The notes beneath the pieces were generated by a model that made no database searches, was not told where the DNA came from, and saw only the letters and a program-made list of their open reading frames with translations. A program made the translations under genes and the position numbers. From contig NC_058368.1 in the NCBI RefSeq assembly GCF_018350175.1, positions 147,872,001 through 147,936,000 on the forward strand: a stretch of 64,000 nt of DNA, written 5' to 3'. The stretch's first letter is position 1; each line of letters starts with the position of its first letter. The DNA is from Felis catus (taxonomy: Eukaryota). Below are positions 12,150-25,496 of the stretch, one piece after another.

Positions 12150-15132
12150 GTATTGTTTATCCAAGATCTTTAGTTTACATCTCAATAAAACATTAATATA
12201 CAAATATTATAAATATAAAAACAATTGAGTCACTGAATTCAAACTCAGCTTAGAATTTTTCAATCCAAAGACTACATAAGTATGAACCTGATGGTAAATT
12301 TTCATGTAAAATTCTAAATAAATCCTACAGAATAATCTCTCAGTACAACTTTGACAGAAAATAAAATAAAACTGGTTTAGCACAAGGTTTTAGATGTGTG
12401 ATCCAAAGAGTGCTTTTACATTATTTTATTTCCCCTTTATCCCATATAACCCCTAAGATTATCACTTTATCATACTTCAATTACTCTTGAAACTTTCTTA
12501 AAATCATGAGTTTTCTAGTCAGACAAATCTAGGCTCATATCACAACTATAGCTCTTACTGGTTGGGTAAACAAGGCCAAACAATTTACATTTGCTACTTA
12601 GAATATTTCCCATTATAAAGTACAGATTACATAGAAGTTAGAGATTTTCATTGGAATTATACAGATAAGGTCCTTAATATAGTTTCTGGCAGTTAAAAAT
12701 GAGTCAAGGAAAGGTAACTATTATTAAAATTATTTCTATGATTCTTGTCAGTATTATCAGACACTTTCCCATATCTTTATCAGAATCAATCAGCACCTGG
12801 ATATTCAAGTAAAATTGATCTTTTTCTGTCAGGAAAAAAATGTTTCTCACTGGAGGTTCTCAATAGATTACTATTAAATGTTATTCAGCAGACAAAACGT
12901 TAAAGAAAGCTCAAATATTTTAATTCTGCTAATGAAAGCAGCTTTTTTAAGGGAGGGTGGTGAAATATGCATAAGCAAAAGTAAACAAAAGACATATGAT
13001 AGGAAAATCTCAGAGGAATGAAAAGGCAGAGCCACTAAAAAAGTAGTGATGGCTGCCTGAAACCATAGAATACCTAGATATGATGTCCTTTTTTAAAAGG
13101 ATATTTCCCTAGATATCTCTTGTGATGTTATTGGGCCAGCCTAGTTACTAGTCTTCTCAAACTATATTTTTAAATGTCTACTTTACACACAATGTGGTAA
13201 AGGAAAGATTTACTTAAAAAAAATAAGAGTCAAATAAACTGTGAGGTCCTAAGGAGATTCTTAAGTAAATTTTATCATCTTAAAAATGTAGAGTAGATAG
13301 CTTTCTCCATGGATTTTTTTTTTTACCTAATATGTTACTCTTTCTTTCCAGAGTGTATCTTACATATTTCAATTTGTTCTTTAATTGATTACTTGAAATA
13401 TGAGGTTTTTTTTATTGTGCAGAAATCATCACTTGAAATCATATTTATGTACGAAAAATAGTATCAGCTGCTACTTACAATACATACTATTACACTGTTA
13501 AGTGAGTCACAGAAAGCATCTATTTTTATTTCTAAGAACTCAATAAAATAGGTATTTTTACTTCCACTTAACAAAGGATCTGAGACTTAGATAGGTTAAA
13601 TTCCTGTCCAATATCCCACAAGTATTGTGGTAGACTACAAATCACAGAATTTAATTAGAAGAGTATTTGTTTTCTATATAGGCTTCATTAATGTTTGTTT
13701 AAAAATGAATTAAAAGAATGAGTGCCAATCTCATGTTTTACTGTGATATTTGATTCTTTAATATAGTTTGATTATTGATTCTTTCTGCCAAAGATGTGAA
13801 ACTGGAAACTGCCTCATGTCTCAGCCCATAATTTCACTCTGATGTCACAATTGCACATATATGAGTTGCATATATATGAGTAGGTTCTGTGAAATTTTCC
13901 TAGAAGTCATGAAGTTTATTCCAATACATTTACAATTCAGTATGTTAGTCTTGAAAACTTTATGGACATGAGGCCTTGCTAAATTTATATAACTACAATA
14001 CAGTAAAATTAAAATAGTCATATGTTAAAAAAAGTCATTGTCTACAGGAGTGTAAATCTAATACACTAAGAAATGACTAACAGGTGTTCTCAATTTTATA
14101 TTAATTGTTAGACTTCAGAATCTTAGGAATGAACGGGATCTTAGAGGACAGATATTTCAGTATCTAATATAATGTAACAATCTTTCTAAAATACTCCTGA
14201 CAGGTGTCCAGTTAAACTTTGATTGAATACTTCCAAGGACAAGGAACATGCCACTTTGTAAGGCATCCTATTCCATTTAAAACGATATTAGCTACTGTCC
14301 TTAGTTTTTCATAAGCCTCAGTTCATTCTAGATTTTATGGCCATAATTATAAGTACTATAAATTACTTCTGCAGATTCAAGTATAATAGCCTACTCTACA
14401 GATTTAACCCCATCCTTACTGATTTTAAGTTTAATTTAGGTAATGCCTAATAGAGAACTCTAATATTTTGACCTAATATACCTGCCTCACGTCTGTCTAA
14501 AATATGCAAGTGTGACCTAGTGGCTTACAGTACTTGAATGAGAATTGTGCAGTCAATATCTAAAGAATATAAACCACAGAAATAAAATATGCAAATGTTT
14601 TACTGTGGTTGCAAATAATGAAGTGGTCTGAATATCTATCAACAGGTAATGATTGACTGAATTATACTGCACCCATAATATGCAATAATGGAATAAAGAT
14701 ATGAGTTTCTTCTCTCTATCTATTTATAGCAAATACAAGATACAGCTCCTTAAGGTTATGCAAGTTGTAGAATGTTGTGTGCATTATGACAACTTTTTTT
14801 TTTACTTTTTATTGTAGTGAAATATACATAAGATAAAATGTATTATTTTAACCACTAATAAGTACAATTCAGGGGCATTAAATACACTTATAATGTTGTG
14901 TAACCATCACTGCATTGTTGAGGAAAATAGAAAAAAAAGTTACAGATGTTTTCTTGCATTTGAAAAGTTAAAATCTTAAACAGGATGATGTAGTTTAACA
15001 TTTTCCTAGAATACAGGATATAAAAGAGAAAATACAGGAAAAATTGAAATGAAAATTGATGTAGAAATTCTCATTCACATAAGAAAAATACATAGAAATG
15101 TCTCTTTGTTGAAGATAGAGCCAAGTTCACAT

Positions 15133-15133
<1 letters not shown>

Positions 15134-15174
<41 letters not shown>
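15134..15174. repeat. (CA)n microsatellite
   Basis: Perfect CA run. Confidence 0.97.
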
Positions 15175-15176
<2 letters not shown>

Positions 15177-15328
15177 GCCTGGAATGATGAATAAAATGAA
15201 CGAAGAGTGATATCTAAAATAATTATGGTGACATTTCAGAACTCTAAAAGGGTAAACATAGCATCCCTAGAATATAAGCTTCACAATGGCTAATATTTTC
15301 ATTTTATTGTTCAATTTTCTTTCTCTAG

Positions 15329-15537
15329 TTTATTTGTTTTTAATGTTTATTTATTTTGACAGAGAGAGGATAGTGAGCAGGAGAGGGGCAGAGAGAGAAG
15401 GAGACAAAGAATCCCAAACAGGCTCCATGTTGTCAGCACAGAGCCTGATGCAAGGCTTGAACTGACAAACAGTGAGATGGTGACCTGAGCTGAAATCAAG
15501 AGTTACATGCTTAACCAACTGAGCCACTCAGGCGCCC
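15329..15537 (-). mobile_element. CAN-SINE (SINEC_Fc type)
   Basis: Ends in ...gagccactcaggcgccc; AG-rich body; T tail. Confidence 0.93.
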
Positions 15538-16149
15538 TTCTTCCTCCAGTTTAAAGAAGAGTACCTATTTTGTCTGCAAGTGCTTATTAATAACATTTGT
15601 TTAATAAATGAAGGAATGAAAATGAGTGCCAATCTCACACAGTTATATTTTGATTTTTGATACTTTCATTATTGTTTCTGCCAAAGACATGGTGTTGGAG
15701 GGTGAGTGACATAACTGAAACTGTTAACAATAAAAGAAAAAGAATATGTAGATTGAACATTTCTGGAACTTTTCTGCATGCATAAGTAAATACTCAAAAT
15801 ATTATTTTTAAATTAAGTATTACTATGATAGGGCAGAGTGATAAGACCAGCTGAGGCAACAAAAGTCATTTAGAGTCAAACCTTTTTTTAATACTCGGAT
15901 CCCCTCAAATCCATGTTAAATACACTCTAAGTTGTAAAGGGACAATTTTGAAATGCTAGTGCAAGTATCTGTAACTGAATTCTAGTATTTATTTTATACC
16001 TCCCTAATGATTTCACACAAACTTTATAACCATGTTGTCTTTCTGCATGAAGATGTTCTCTAGCTGTTAAAATATTTTCATTAGTCGAAGGAACAGGTCA
16101 AACATCAGGGGTCTTAGGGTCCTAGGAGCAAACCTAAGGCAGTAAAGGA

Positions 16150-16405
16150 CCCAGATTGGTAAGTAAATATTACACCCCTTGGTGGGAAAATTCAGAAGTT
16201 TATTGTACAGTGACTCACAGTGGGGTTGAATCCCAATTGACCACGTGGTTATCCCAGTCACAAATGGATGTTTTTTTTTGGTTTTTCTCCCTTCCATACC
16301 AATTTCCTTCTCTATTACCAGAGTTTCTGAAGTCATTTTCCAGATAAACTATTTGCACACAAATGCTTTCTCAGCGTCGTCCTCTGGTGGAATCCAAACT
16401 AAAAT
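16150..16405 (+). mobile_element. Old ERVL LTR fragment (LTR16/LTR33-like 3' end)
   Basis: 'ataaactatttgcacacaaatgctttctcagcgtc...tggaatccaaactaa' resembles ERVL LTR 3' ends; 5' boundary uncertain. Confidence 0.45.
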
Positions 16406-16495
16406 AAATTTAATATTATACAAAGAGAGAAAATCTTTTCATGAAATAAAATTGTAGATATCTCTGAAAAGAATTTGTCAAGAAAGTACAAAACA

Positions 16496-16653
16496 GGGGC
16501 GCCTAGGTGGCTCAGTCAGTTAAGCATCTGACTCGATTTCGACTCAGGTAATGATCTCATGGTTCGTGAGTTCAAGCTCCATGTTGGACTCCACACTGAC
16601 AGTGTGGACCCTGCTTAGGATTCTCTCCTTCTCGGTCTGTCCCTGCCCTGCTC

Positions 16654-16696
<43 letters not shown>

Positions 16697-16707
16697 CTTA
16701 AAAAAAA
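16496..16707 (+). mobile_element. CAN-SINE
   Basis: GGGGCGCCTAGGTGGCTCAG head, (TAAA)n tail, TSD GAAAGTACAA. Confidence 0.95.
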
Positions 16708-17294
16708 GAAAGTACAAGACGAAACACCTAAAAGGGAATTATGAGGAGGTGGGTTTCAGCTTTGATATGTAAGAGCTTTGAAGTCATCACTCCTGCGCTT
16801 ACAACAAGTAAAAAAGCTGAACAAAAAGAATGTCAACACCTTTCTTGTATATATCTGATAAATGTATATAGCAAACTGCTATCCCCAAATTTAGAGAGAC
16901 AAACTTCAGAGAATCACAAATGAAATAAACTTTAACGAACAGAAGCCTTTGGAGCCATAAATTGGTAGGAAAACTTAAATGTTAATTTTGACAAGCTGCC
17001 AGTGGTTGAATGTGAACTAGTATGAGAGTGAAAAACTTCTGGGAGTTCAGTCTTAGGGGGGCCCCCACTTTCATGGGTTTCACTTCTAGAAACACTATCA
17101 TGTTCTCATGTTGAAGATCAGAGAAAAGTTCCCTTATAGATCTGGCAAGGGGAATGTAAAATCACCCCTTTAAAATACAGCCAAGTTATTCTCCATTGAA
17201 AAGACTTACTCTCCAGGGAAAAAGAATACAGCTTTATTACACCTAAGAATAAGATTTTTATAAGTCCAGTCACTCTGGCCTTCCTGTCTCACCT

Positions 17295-17410
17295 AAGGGG
17301 AGGAAAAAACCTAAGAAACACTTGTGAAAGTCATGCCCAGAGACAGAGGCACAAGGGGAGGAAAAAACCCAAGAAACACTTGTGAAAGTCATGCCCAGAG
17401 ACAGAGGCAC
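17295..17410 (+). repeat. 58-bp tandem duplication (2 copies, 1 mismatch)
   Basis: AAGGGGAGGAAAAAACC(T/C)AAGAAACACTTGTGAAAGTCATGCCCAGAGACAGAGGCAC at 17295-17352 and 17353-17410. Confidence 0.97.
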
Positions 17411-18050
17411 ACCAAGAGACTGACATTCTGTCATGTGATTATATGCTCATCCTCTTGTACACTTTATTACCACATCAACATGTTTCCAGTAAAATAACAA
17501 AAGATCACAGCTGAAAGAGCCATAAGGCACACAGACTATTTAAGGGGAAGTTGTTAGTGAAATCTAAACACAATCGGTGGATCAGAATGAGGACCCTATT
17601 TGAAGTTTCTGATCCCTACAGCCTCAGACAACATTAAACACTATCCAATTCCTATGAAAATTAACATAAACTCTTCTACTAAAGGTTGATTTATCTCAGT
17701 TTCTGTTACCTGACAAATCATGTTTGGCTTTCAACAAACAGATTAGAAGATGTGTCATAAACCAAGAAAAATTATAGTCTAAAGAGATGAAGCAAGCATT
17801 AGAATCATAATGGTATGGAATTATCACTCAGGGAATTTTAAATAATTATAACTAATATGTTTATGTTAGGGGCTGTAGTGGAAAAGAAGAGACACTAGAA
17901 TAGAGAGGCAAAATAAACAGAGAAGTAGACAATCTAAGAAAAAATCAAACGGAAATGGTACAAATAAAAAACACTATTATAAAAATGAAGAATGCCTTTG
18001 ATGGGCTTATCAGTAAACTGAAAATGACTTAGACACAAGTAAGTGATCAT

Positions 18051-18243
18051 GAGGGCACCTGGGTGGCTCAGTTAGACTCAGGTCATGATCTCACGGGTCT
18101 GAGTTCAAGCCCTGCATTGGGCTCTGTGCTGACAGTTGCTGGGGATTCTGTGTCCCTCTCTCTCTCTACCCCTCACCAGCTGGTTCTCTCTCTCTCTGTC
18201 TCTCTCTCTCACACACAAAAATAAGTAATAGACATTAAAAAAA
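18051..18243 (+). mobile_element. CAN-SINE
   Basis: gggcacctgggtggctcag head, CT tract, TSD aagt(a/t)agtgatca. Confidence 0.93.
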
Positions 18244-18297
18244 GTTAGTGATCACGGAAATATGTCCATGAAAACTTCAAAAACTGAAATGCAAGAA

Positions 18298-18299
18298 AA

Positions 18300-18359
<60 letters not shown>

Positions 18360-18364
18360 AAAAG
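18298..18364. repeat. (GAAA)n tetranucleotide microsatellite
   Basis: Long perfect GAAA array. Confidence 0.97.
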
Positions 18365-21113
18365 GTAAGAGAAGCCAGACCAAATTCTAAGAACTGTGGG
18401 ACGATATGAGATGTAACATACATGGTGACTGGGATGTCAGAAGAAGACAGAGAGAATGGAGCAGCAGAAATATTCGAAATAATAATAGTTAAAGATTTTC
18501 CACAATTAATAACAGGCTCCATACCACTGATCCATGAAGCTACAAAAACAATAGGAGAAACAGAAAAAAACCAAAGACATCTAAGTAGATCATAATCTAA
18601 TGCAGAAATCAAATACAAAGTAAAAAATCTTGAAAGAATTTAGAGGGCAGGGATCTTACTACAGAGTATAACAACTGCATTATTATATAACAAGTATAAC
18701 AATTATACTGGACATCTTGTCACTACGCAAGCAAAGGAAAGTAGAACATGTTGAAAGAGTAAAACTCTACCACCCTAAAATATGACATCGAGCACAATTA
18801 TTCTTCAAAAACAAAGGACAAAGAAAGAATTTCTTAAAAGAAAAACCTGAAGAAATTCATTGCTAGAAAGTTTGCCTTGCAAGAATTGTTAAAGAAAGTT
18901 TTCAGTAAAACAAAAAATGATATAGATTAGAAACTCAAATCTACATATTTAAAGGAAGAGCAACAAGAAAAGAACAAATGAGAGTAAATAAAATATTTTT
19001 TGTGTTCTTAACTGTTCTAAAATTCACTGTTTTAAAAGTAATTATAGCAACAATATATTGGATTGGTGAAATGGATGACAGCAGCATTATCAGAAATGAG
19101 AGGAAAAAAACTTGGGACACTTTTATAAGGTACATGTGAATACTTTAGTGTTTGAAGGTGACTTTAAATTAATCATAAATGTATACTACAAACTATAGGG
19201 CACTCTTTCTTTTTTTAAGAGCATAATCAATATCGAAACAGATGACAGAAAATGAAATTCTATAAAACCTTCAATTAAAATCAGAAAAGGCAGGTAAATA
19301 AAGAAAATGAAAAATAACAAGTGCAATAAACAAATTACAAATAGATACAATCCAACAATATCAATAATCATTTTAAATAGTAATGCTTTAAATATATTAA
19401 TAAAAATGGTAAAAAAGAGTATCATGGACAACTATGTGCCTACAAATTTGACAACTTATATAAAATGGACCATTTTATTGAAAGGTACAAACTACCAAAA
19501 ATTATGCAATAAGTAAATAAATAAATAAATTGAATCGGGCTGCATATTTTGAAGAAACTGAAAGTATAATTAACCTTCCAAAAAAAAAAAAGTAATGCAT
19601 TACGGTTCTACTGGAGAAGTCTACTATTTAAAAAGAAATGGTACCCTTCTACACAACTATTTCTAGAAAGCAGAAGGAGAAGAAATGCTTCCTAACTCAT
19701 TCTCTAAGGTCTGCATCACCCTGAGCAAAACCATATAAAAACCATTACAAAAACAAACAAACAAGCAAACAAACAAAAACTATAGATCAACATCTATCAA
19801 AAACATAGATGCAAAATATTCAACAAGACCTCAGCAAATTGATTCTGACAATATATAAACAGAATTACCATAACCAAGTAGGAATTATTCCAAATAATGT
19901 TGGTTGCAAGGTTGGTTGTATATTTAAAATCCAATTAATGTAAACCACCACATCAATACAATAAAGAAGAGAAAACACATGATCATATCAAAACACATGA
20001 TCTACAAAGATAAGAAACAAGATAAGGATCACCCACCCCATACTCCAATTGCACATCACAACAGAAGTCCCAGGCAGTGCACTAAGAAGGAAGGTATATG
20101 ATTGGAAAGGAAAAGGTAAAACTATCTTTGTTCAAAGATGATAAAACTATCTACGTAGAAAATCCCAAAGAACCTAGAAAATTTTTCTGCAACTAATTAA
20201 TAAATATACCAAGGCCACAAAATGCAAGTTTAATATCCATAAATTGACTGCTTTCCCATATGTGAGTAATCAGCAATTTCAATCTGAATTTAAAAAATGC
20301 AATTTACACTACCAAAAAAAGTGAAATTCTTAAATATACATGTAGTGAAATATGTACAACATCGATATGCAGAAAACAGCAAAATCATGATGACTAGAAT
20401 AAAAGCTGATTCAAATAAATGGAGAGATGTTTAGTTTTCAGGGACTGGAAAATTCAAAATTGTAAAGATATTAATTCTTTCCAAATTAATCTATAGACTC
20501 ATTTAAATTATGATCATAACCTTAAGAAGTTATTTTTTTAGATACTAACAAATTCTGAACTTTGTATGAAAAGACCAAAGACTGAAAATAACCAATACAT
20601 AACTGATGAAGAATAACAAAGTTAGTGAACTCACATTACCCAAATTCAGTATTTACATTACAAAGCTATAACAGTCAAGGCGGCATGATACTGATGAAAG
20701 AATAGACACACAAATAAATGAAACAGAATAGAGAGTTAAAAAAATTGACCCATATGAATACAGTAAACTTTTTTTTTGACAAAGAAACAAAGGCAAATCA
20801 AGGGACAAAGAATAATATTTCAACAAATAGTGCTGGAACAATTGGACATCTACATGAAACAAGAAAAAAAGAATCTAGATACAGACCTACACAAAAATTA
20901 ACTAAAAGTGGATCATATATCCAAATGAAAAACATAAAACAATAACACTTACAGAAGATAGCAGGAGAAAATCTACATGACCTGGTTTTGGTGAAAAGTT
21001 TTAAGATGGAAAACCAAAAACATGATTCCTGAAAGAAAACACTGATAATTTAGATATTATTGAAAATTAAAATCTCTGTTCTGCAAAAGACACTGTTAAG
21101 AGCATGAAAAGCA

Positions 21114-21346
21114 GGGTGCCTGAGTGGCTCAGTCCCTTAAGTGACTGACTCTTGATTTCAGCTCAGGTCATGGTCTCAAAGTTCACGGGAATAGAGCCCT
21201 GTGTTGGGCTCTGTGCTGACAGCATGGAGCCTGCTTGGAATTTTTTTATCTCCCTCTCTCTGTGTCCGTCCCCTGCTCACATAGGCATGTGCACTCTCTC
21301 TTTCTCTCTCTCTCTCAAAATAAATAAATAAACATTTTTTAAAAAG
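21114..21346 (+). mobile_element. CAN-SINE
   Basis: SINE head, CT tract, A tail, TSD gcatgaaaag. Confidence 0.93.
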
Positions 21347-22446
21347 GCATGAAAAGATAAGCCACAGACTTGGAGAAAACATCCCTGATAATGGTCTTGC
21401 ATTCAAAATGTACAAAACCTCTTAAGCTCAAGAATAGGTACACAACTCCATTCTAAAGTAGGCAAAAGAGCTGAATGGACACCTCGCCAAACAGGATATA
21501 CAGATGAAAAACACACATATGAAAAATGTTCAATATCATTTGTGATTAGGGAATTGCAAATTAATACAACAATGAGGAATCACTACACACCTGTTAGAAT
21601 GGCTAAAATCCAAAAACCTGACAATACAAATTTCTGGTGAGGATGTGAAGCAACAGGAACTCTTATGTGTTGCTAGTGGTAATTCAAAATGTACCAGGTG
21701 AAGGAACATTATTCAGTGATAAAATGAAATGTTATCTATCCACAAGTAGACATGCATAAATCCTAAATATATATTGCTAAGCAAAAGAAGCTACTCCAAA
21801 GAGCCTACAAAATGTATGATTTCAGTTATATAACACTCTTTAATATACAAAACTATATTATAAAATTATACAAAGGTCAGTGATTGCCAGCGGTTCAGGG
21901 GAGGACTGGTGAGTTGAATTGGTAAAGCACAAGTAATTTTGTAGTGTTGTAAACTATTTTTGACACTTTAATAATGGATAATTGTCACTAGGTATTATTC
22001 AAAACACATACATAGAACTTTACATCACAAACAGTGAACCCTATTGCCCATTTTGCCTTCCTTCCAAAATGTAAGGGATGGAAAGGCAGGAGAACAGAGC
22101 ACCCTCATCTTGTAGAAATGTGATTAACACTACTGCCATCGGATGATCAAGGTTCTCATTAACAGTGATAAGTCTTGAGGTAACACGGATCCTTGATACA
22201 ATACAATGAGAATGCAACTTTATCTCTATGGTTTTTCTTGCAAAAACTCAACCTCAGTTTCATCATGAGAAAAGTGGACAAAGCACAAAGGGGAATTCCA
22301 CAAAGTACCTTGACTCCTCAAATTTGTCACAGTCATCAAAAATGAGGAAACTCAGAAACTATCACACCCAAGATGGGTTAAAGGAGGCACAACGACTAAC
22401 TGCAACCTGCTATCTTAGATGAAATCTTAAAACAAATAAATGTCCT

Positions 22447-22650
22447 GGGATGCCTGGGTAGCTCGGTTAAGCGTCTAGTTCTTGGTTATGGTTCAAGTCA
22501 TGATCTCACTGTTCAAGCCCTGTGTGGGAATCTGTGCTGACAGTGCAGAGCCTGCTTGAAATTCTCTCTCTCTCCCTCTCTGCCTCTCTCTCTCAAAATA
22601 AATAAATAAACAAACTTAAAAAAATAAGAAACAGCAACAACAAAAACAAA
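22447..22650 (+). mobile_element. CAN-SINE
   Basis: gggatgcctgggtagctc head, CT tract, A-rich tail. Confidence 0.9.
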
Positions 22651-23340
22651 ATGATGTTAGGTCAAAACTAAGGAAATCTGAATGGAATATGGACTCTAAT
22701 TAATAATTGTACATCAATATGGGTTCATTAATTTTAACAAGCGCACTATACTAATATGCTAATAGTAGGAGAAATAAGTTGAGGGTATATGGTAACTCTC
22801 TATTATCTACTCAATTTATTGTAAGCCTAAAATAGTTCTAAACAGTAAAATCTTTTTTTTAAAGGCAATTATTGGAGAGAGTTGTGGAAATCATATACAA
22901 AATCTAGTAAATAAAATTATGCATTATAATAGTTGGACAATAAAAATATGTTGATATTGTAGACATACACATATCTAATATAAAGAGGAAAAATTTACTA
23001 TCATTGCAGTAGATGTTAAAAAAGCATTGATCAAATTTAAAATATTACTTACCAGAATTTAGATGATCCAGTAATAGGATTAATCTCTCTAAACAAGTTT
23101 TAAAAATAATAAAGCAAATGAGCAACCTGTGCAACACTAAATGAGTTTCATTATAGTGAAGACTAAGGAAGTATAATATCATTGCAATGATCAAAATGTG
23201 TGGTTGAAGTATTAGCTAATACACTCAGACACATATATTAAAAGTTAGAGAATAAATTTCAGTTTTTTCACAGAAAAGTGTTGTTTAAATAAACTAAAAT
23301 CAAATGAAAATCATTAGTACTAATATGAGAATAATATGGC

Positions 23341-23730
23341 TACATGGATTTCCTAGGGCTGCTATTACAAAATCTCACAAACTAGGTGGCATAAAACAAG
23401 GCAGATGTAATGTCTAAAGGTTCTTGAGGCTGAAGTTCAAAACAAAGGGTTGGTTAGGTTATGCTTCCTTTGAAACCTCTACGGGGGGGATCCTTCCTTG
23501 CCTTCTGCAGCTCTGATAGCCTCAGGTGTCCCTGGCTTTTGGTCAACTCCAATCTCTATCTCTTCTTATAAACGCACCCGTTTTTGGATTAGGGTCTTTC
23601 AACTAACATGGACTCATCTTAACTTCATTGTATCTGCAAAGATCTTATTTCCAAATAAGGTCGCATTCACAGGTTCTGGGAGTTAGTACTTCAGTGTACC
23701 TTTTTTGAGGATACAGTTTAAACTTTAACA
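23341..23730 (-). mobile_element. MaLR solo LTR (MLT1A/B/C-like)
   Basis: 'tttcctagggctgctattacaaaat...cacaaactaggtggc' and 'ttatttccaaataaggtcgcattcacagg' are characteristic MLT1 motifs. Confidence 0.85.
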
Positions 23731-23803
23731 CTGGTATACAATATAACAAATACATAAATAGGTATCACAGATAATGTACAACATATACTTATATGGTATG
23801 TAC

Positions 23804-24028
23804 TTTTTTTTTTTAATTTTTTTTTCAACGTTTATTTATTTTTGGGACAGAGAGAGACAGAGCATGAACGGGGGAGGGGCAGAGAGAGAGGGAGACACAG
23901 AATCGGAAACAGGCTCCAGGCTCCGAGCCATCAGCCCAGAGCCTGACGCGGGGCTCGAACTCACGGACCGCGAGATCGTGACCTGGCTGAAGTCGGACGC
24001 TTAACCGACTGCGCCACCCAGGCGCCCC
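23804..24028 (-). mobile_element. Very young feline SINE (SINEC_Fc)
   Basis: CpG-intact, consensus-like sequence; perfect TSD GGTATGTACTTTTTT at 23795 and 24029. Confidence 0.97.
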
Positions 24029-24037
24029 GGTATGTAC

Positions 24038-24056
24038 TTTTTTTAAGTTCATTTAT

Positions 24057-24118
<62 letters not shown>

Positions 24119-24285
24119 GACACCAGCAGGGGTAGGTCAGAGAGAGAGGGTGAGAGAATCCCGAGCAGGCTCCACACAGTCAACACAGATCCTGACACTA
24201 GGCTCAAACCCATGAACCATGAATTCATGAAATGAGCCAAGATAGAGTTGAACACACTTAACCAACTGAGCCACCCAGGCAGCAT
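24038..24285 (-). mobile_element. Older CAN-SINE with expanded (GA)n
   Basis: Ends in ...gagccacccaggcagc; long AG tract. Confidence 0.93.
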
Positions 24286-25277
24286 CTCTGGTATGTAATT
24301 TTATTACAAAAATATATCATAGTGTCTCCATCACATTGTAGCTCCATGACCTTAGATGCTTTCAAAAATCGCTCAGTTTTCTGTTTTCACAGCAGTAAAA
24401 TGAGATAGTAGTAATACAGGCACCAAGGAGTGATAGTGATGATTAAATGTGTTGCATTTAGGAATGGGGACTAGCATAAAGTCAATTCATGATAATAGTA
24501 TCTAGTAATTAAATTGTAAGAAATGTAAGCCCTATGTGAAGGATCATATAAAACTTTACCATGAAGCATTAAGAATAATTTATTCAATAAATATCCTATC
24601 TTGGAAAACATTCTAAAGATAAACATTTCCCTCAATAAAAGTACAGATTAATGCAAACTCAATTAAAACCCAATTTCAATTTATGGAAAAACCTTATAAT
24701 GATAACCATCTGTCATTTGATGCAAACTGTGTAACAACTCTGAAGAAATTTTTGAAAAATAAAGGTAGTAAGAGAAGTATTATAAGCTATAAAAACCTGA
24801 TTTTAAAAACACTATATTAATCAAACATAATGATAATGGTGTATGAATTAGACTTTTGTATTTAAGTCTCATTTGGATCAGCGGATGAAGAATTATTAAT
24901 TTAATATTGCTTCTGAGAATATAAATTATATATTAAGTATACTTTGAATTTATATTCAATATGAAAACAATTTTCAGATGAATATGACAGCTAACTGTAT
25001 GGAAAAAAACTAACAAATCAAAGGCAAATATTTATTAAATTCTCATGGTGGAGAAAAAAAATGGTGTATTAGTTTAAAAATATTTACCCAGCAATTCCAA
25101 CCTCTGTAAATTTAAAAAGGGAAAAGTACATTTGAAAAAAATATTTATTGAATATTAAGAGAAAATAACTGGAAGTGAAATAAATACCTATTAACAAAGA
25201 AAAGTTTAAATAAACATAGTACATCAATACAATTGAATTATATTGAGTATTATGTAACCATTAAAATATATTTTGTG

Positions 25278-25496
25278 GGGGCGCCTGGGTGGCGCAGTTG
25301 GTTAAGCGTCCGACTTCAGCCAGGTCACGATCTCGCGGTCCGGGAGTTCGAGCCCCGCGTCGGGCTCTGGGCTGATGGCTCAGAGCCTGGAGCCTGTTTC
25401 CGATTCTGTGTCTCCCTCTCTCTCTGCCCCTCCCCCGTTCATGCTCTGTCTCTCTCTGTCCCAAAAATAAATAAACGTTGAAAAAAAAAATTAAAA
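25278..25496 (+). mobile_element. Very young feline SINE (SINEC_Fc)
   Basis: A box (TGGCGCAGTTGG) and B box (GTTCGAGCC) present; TSD AAAATATATTTTGTG at 25263-25277 and 25497-25511. Confidence 0.97.

Larger units (their letters stand above)
16730..22855 (+). mobile_element. Old near-full-length L1 (L1MC/L1MD-like), heavily decayed and interrupted by SINEs
   Basis: ORF1-like segment (about 17900-18900), ORF2-like segments (cctaactcattctctaagg, ggagaaaatctacatgacc) and an L1MC-type 3' end near 22700-22850. Confidence 0.8.

Noticed and set aside
23774..25481. Recurring 60-120-aa ORFs (GAPGWRSRLSVRLQPGHDL..., MAQSVKHPTSAQVMIS...) as a gene family
   Set aside because: They are translations of CAN-SINE consensus sequence.
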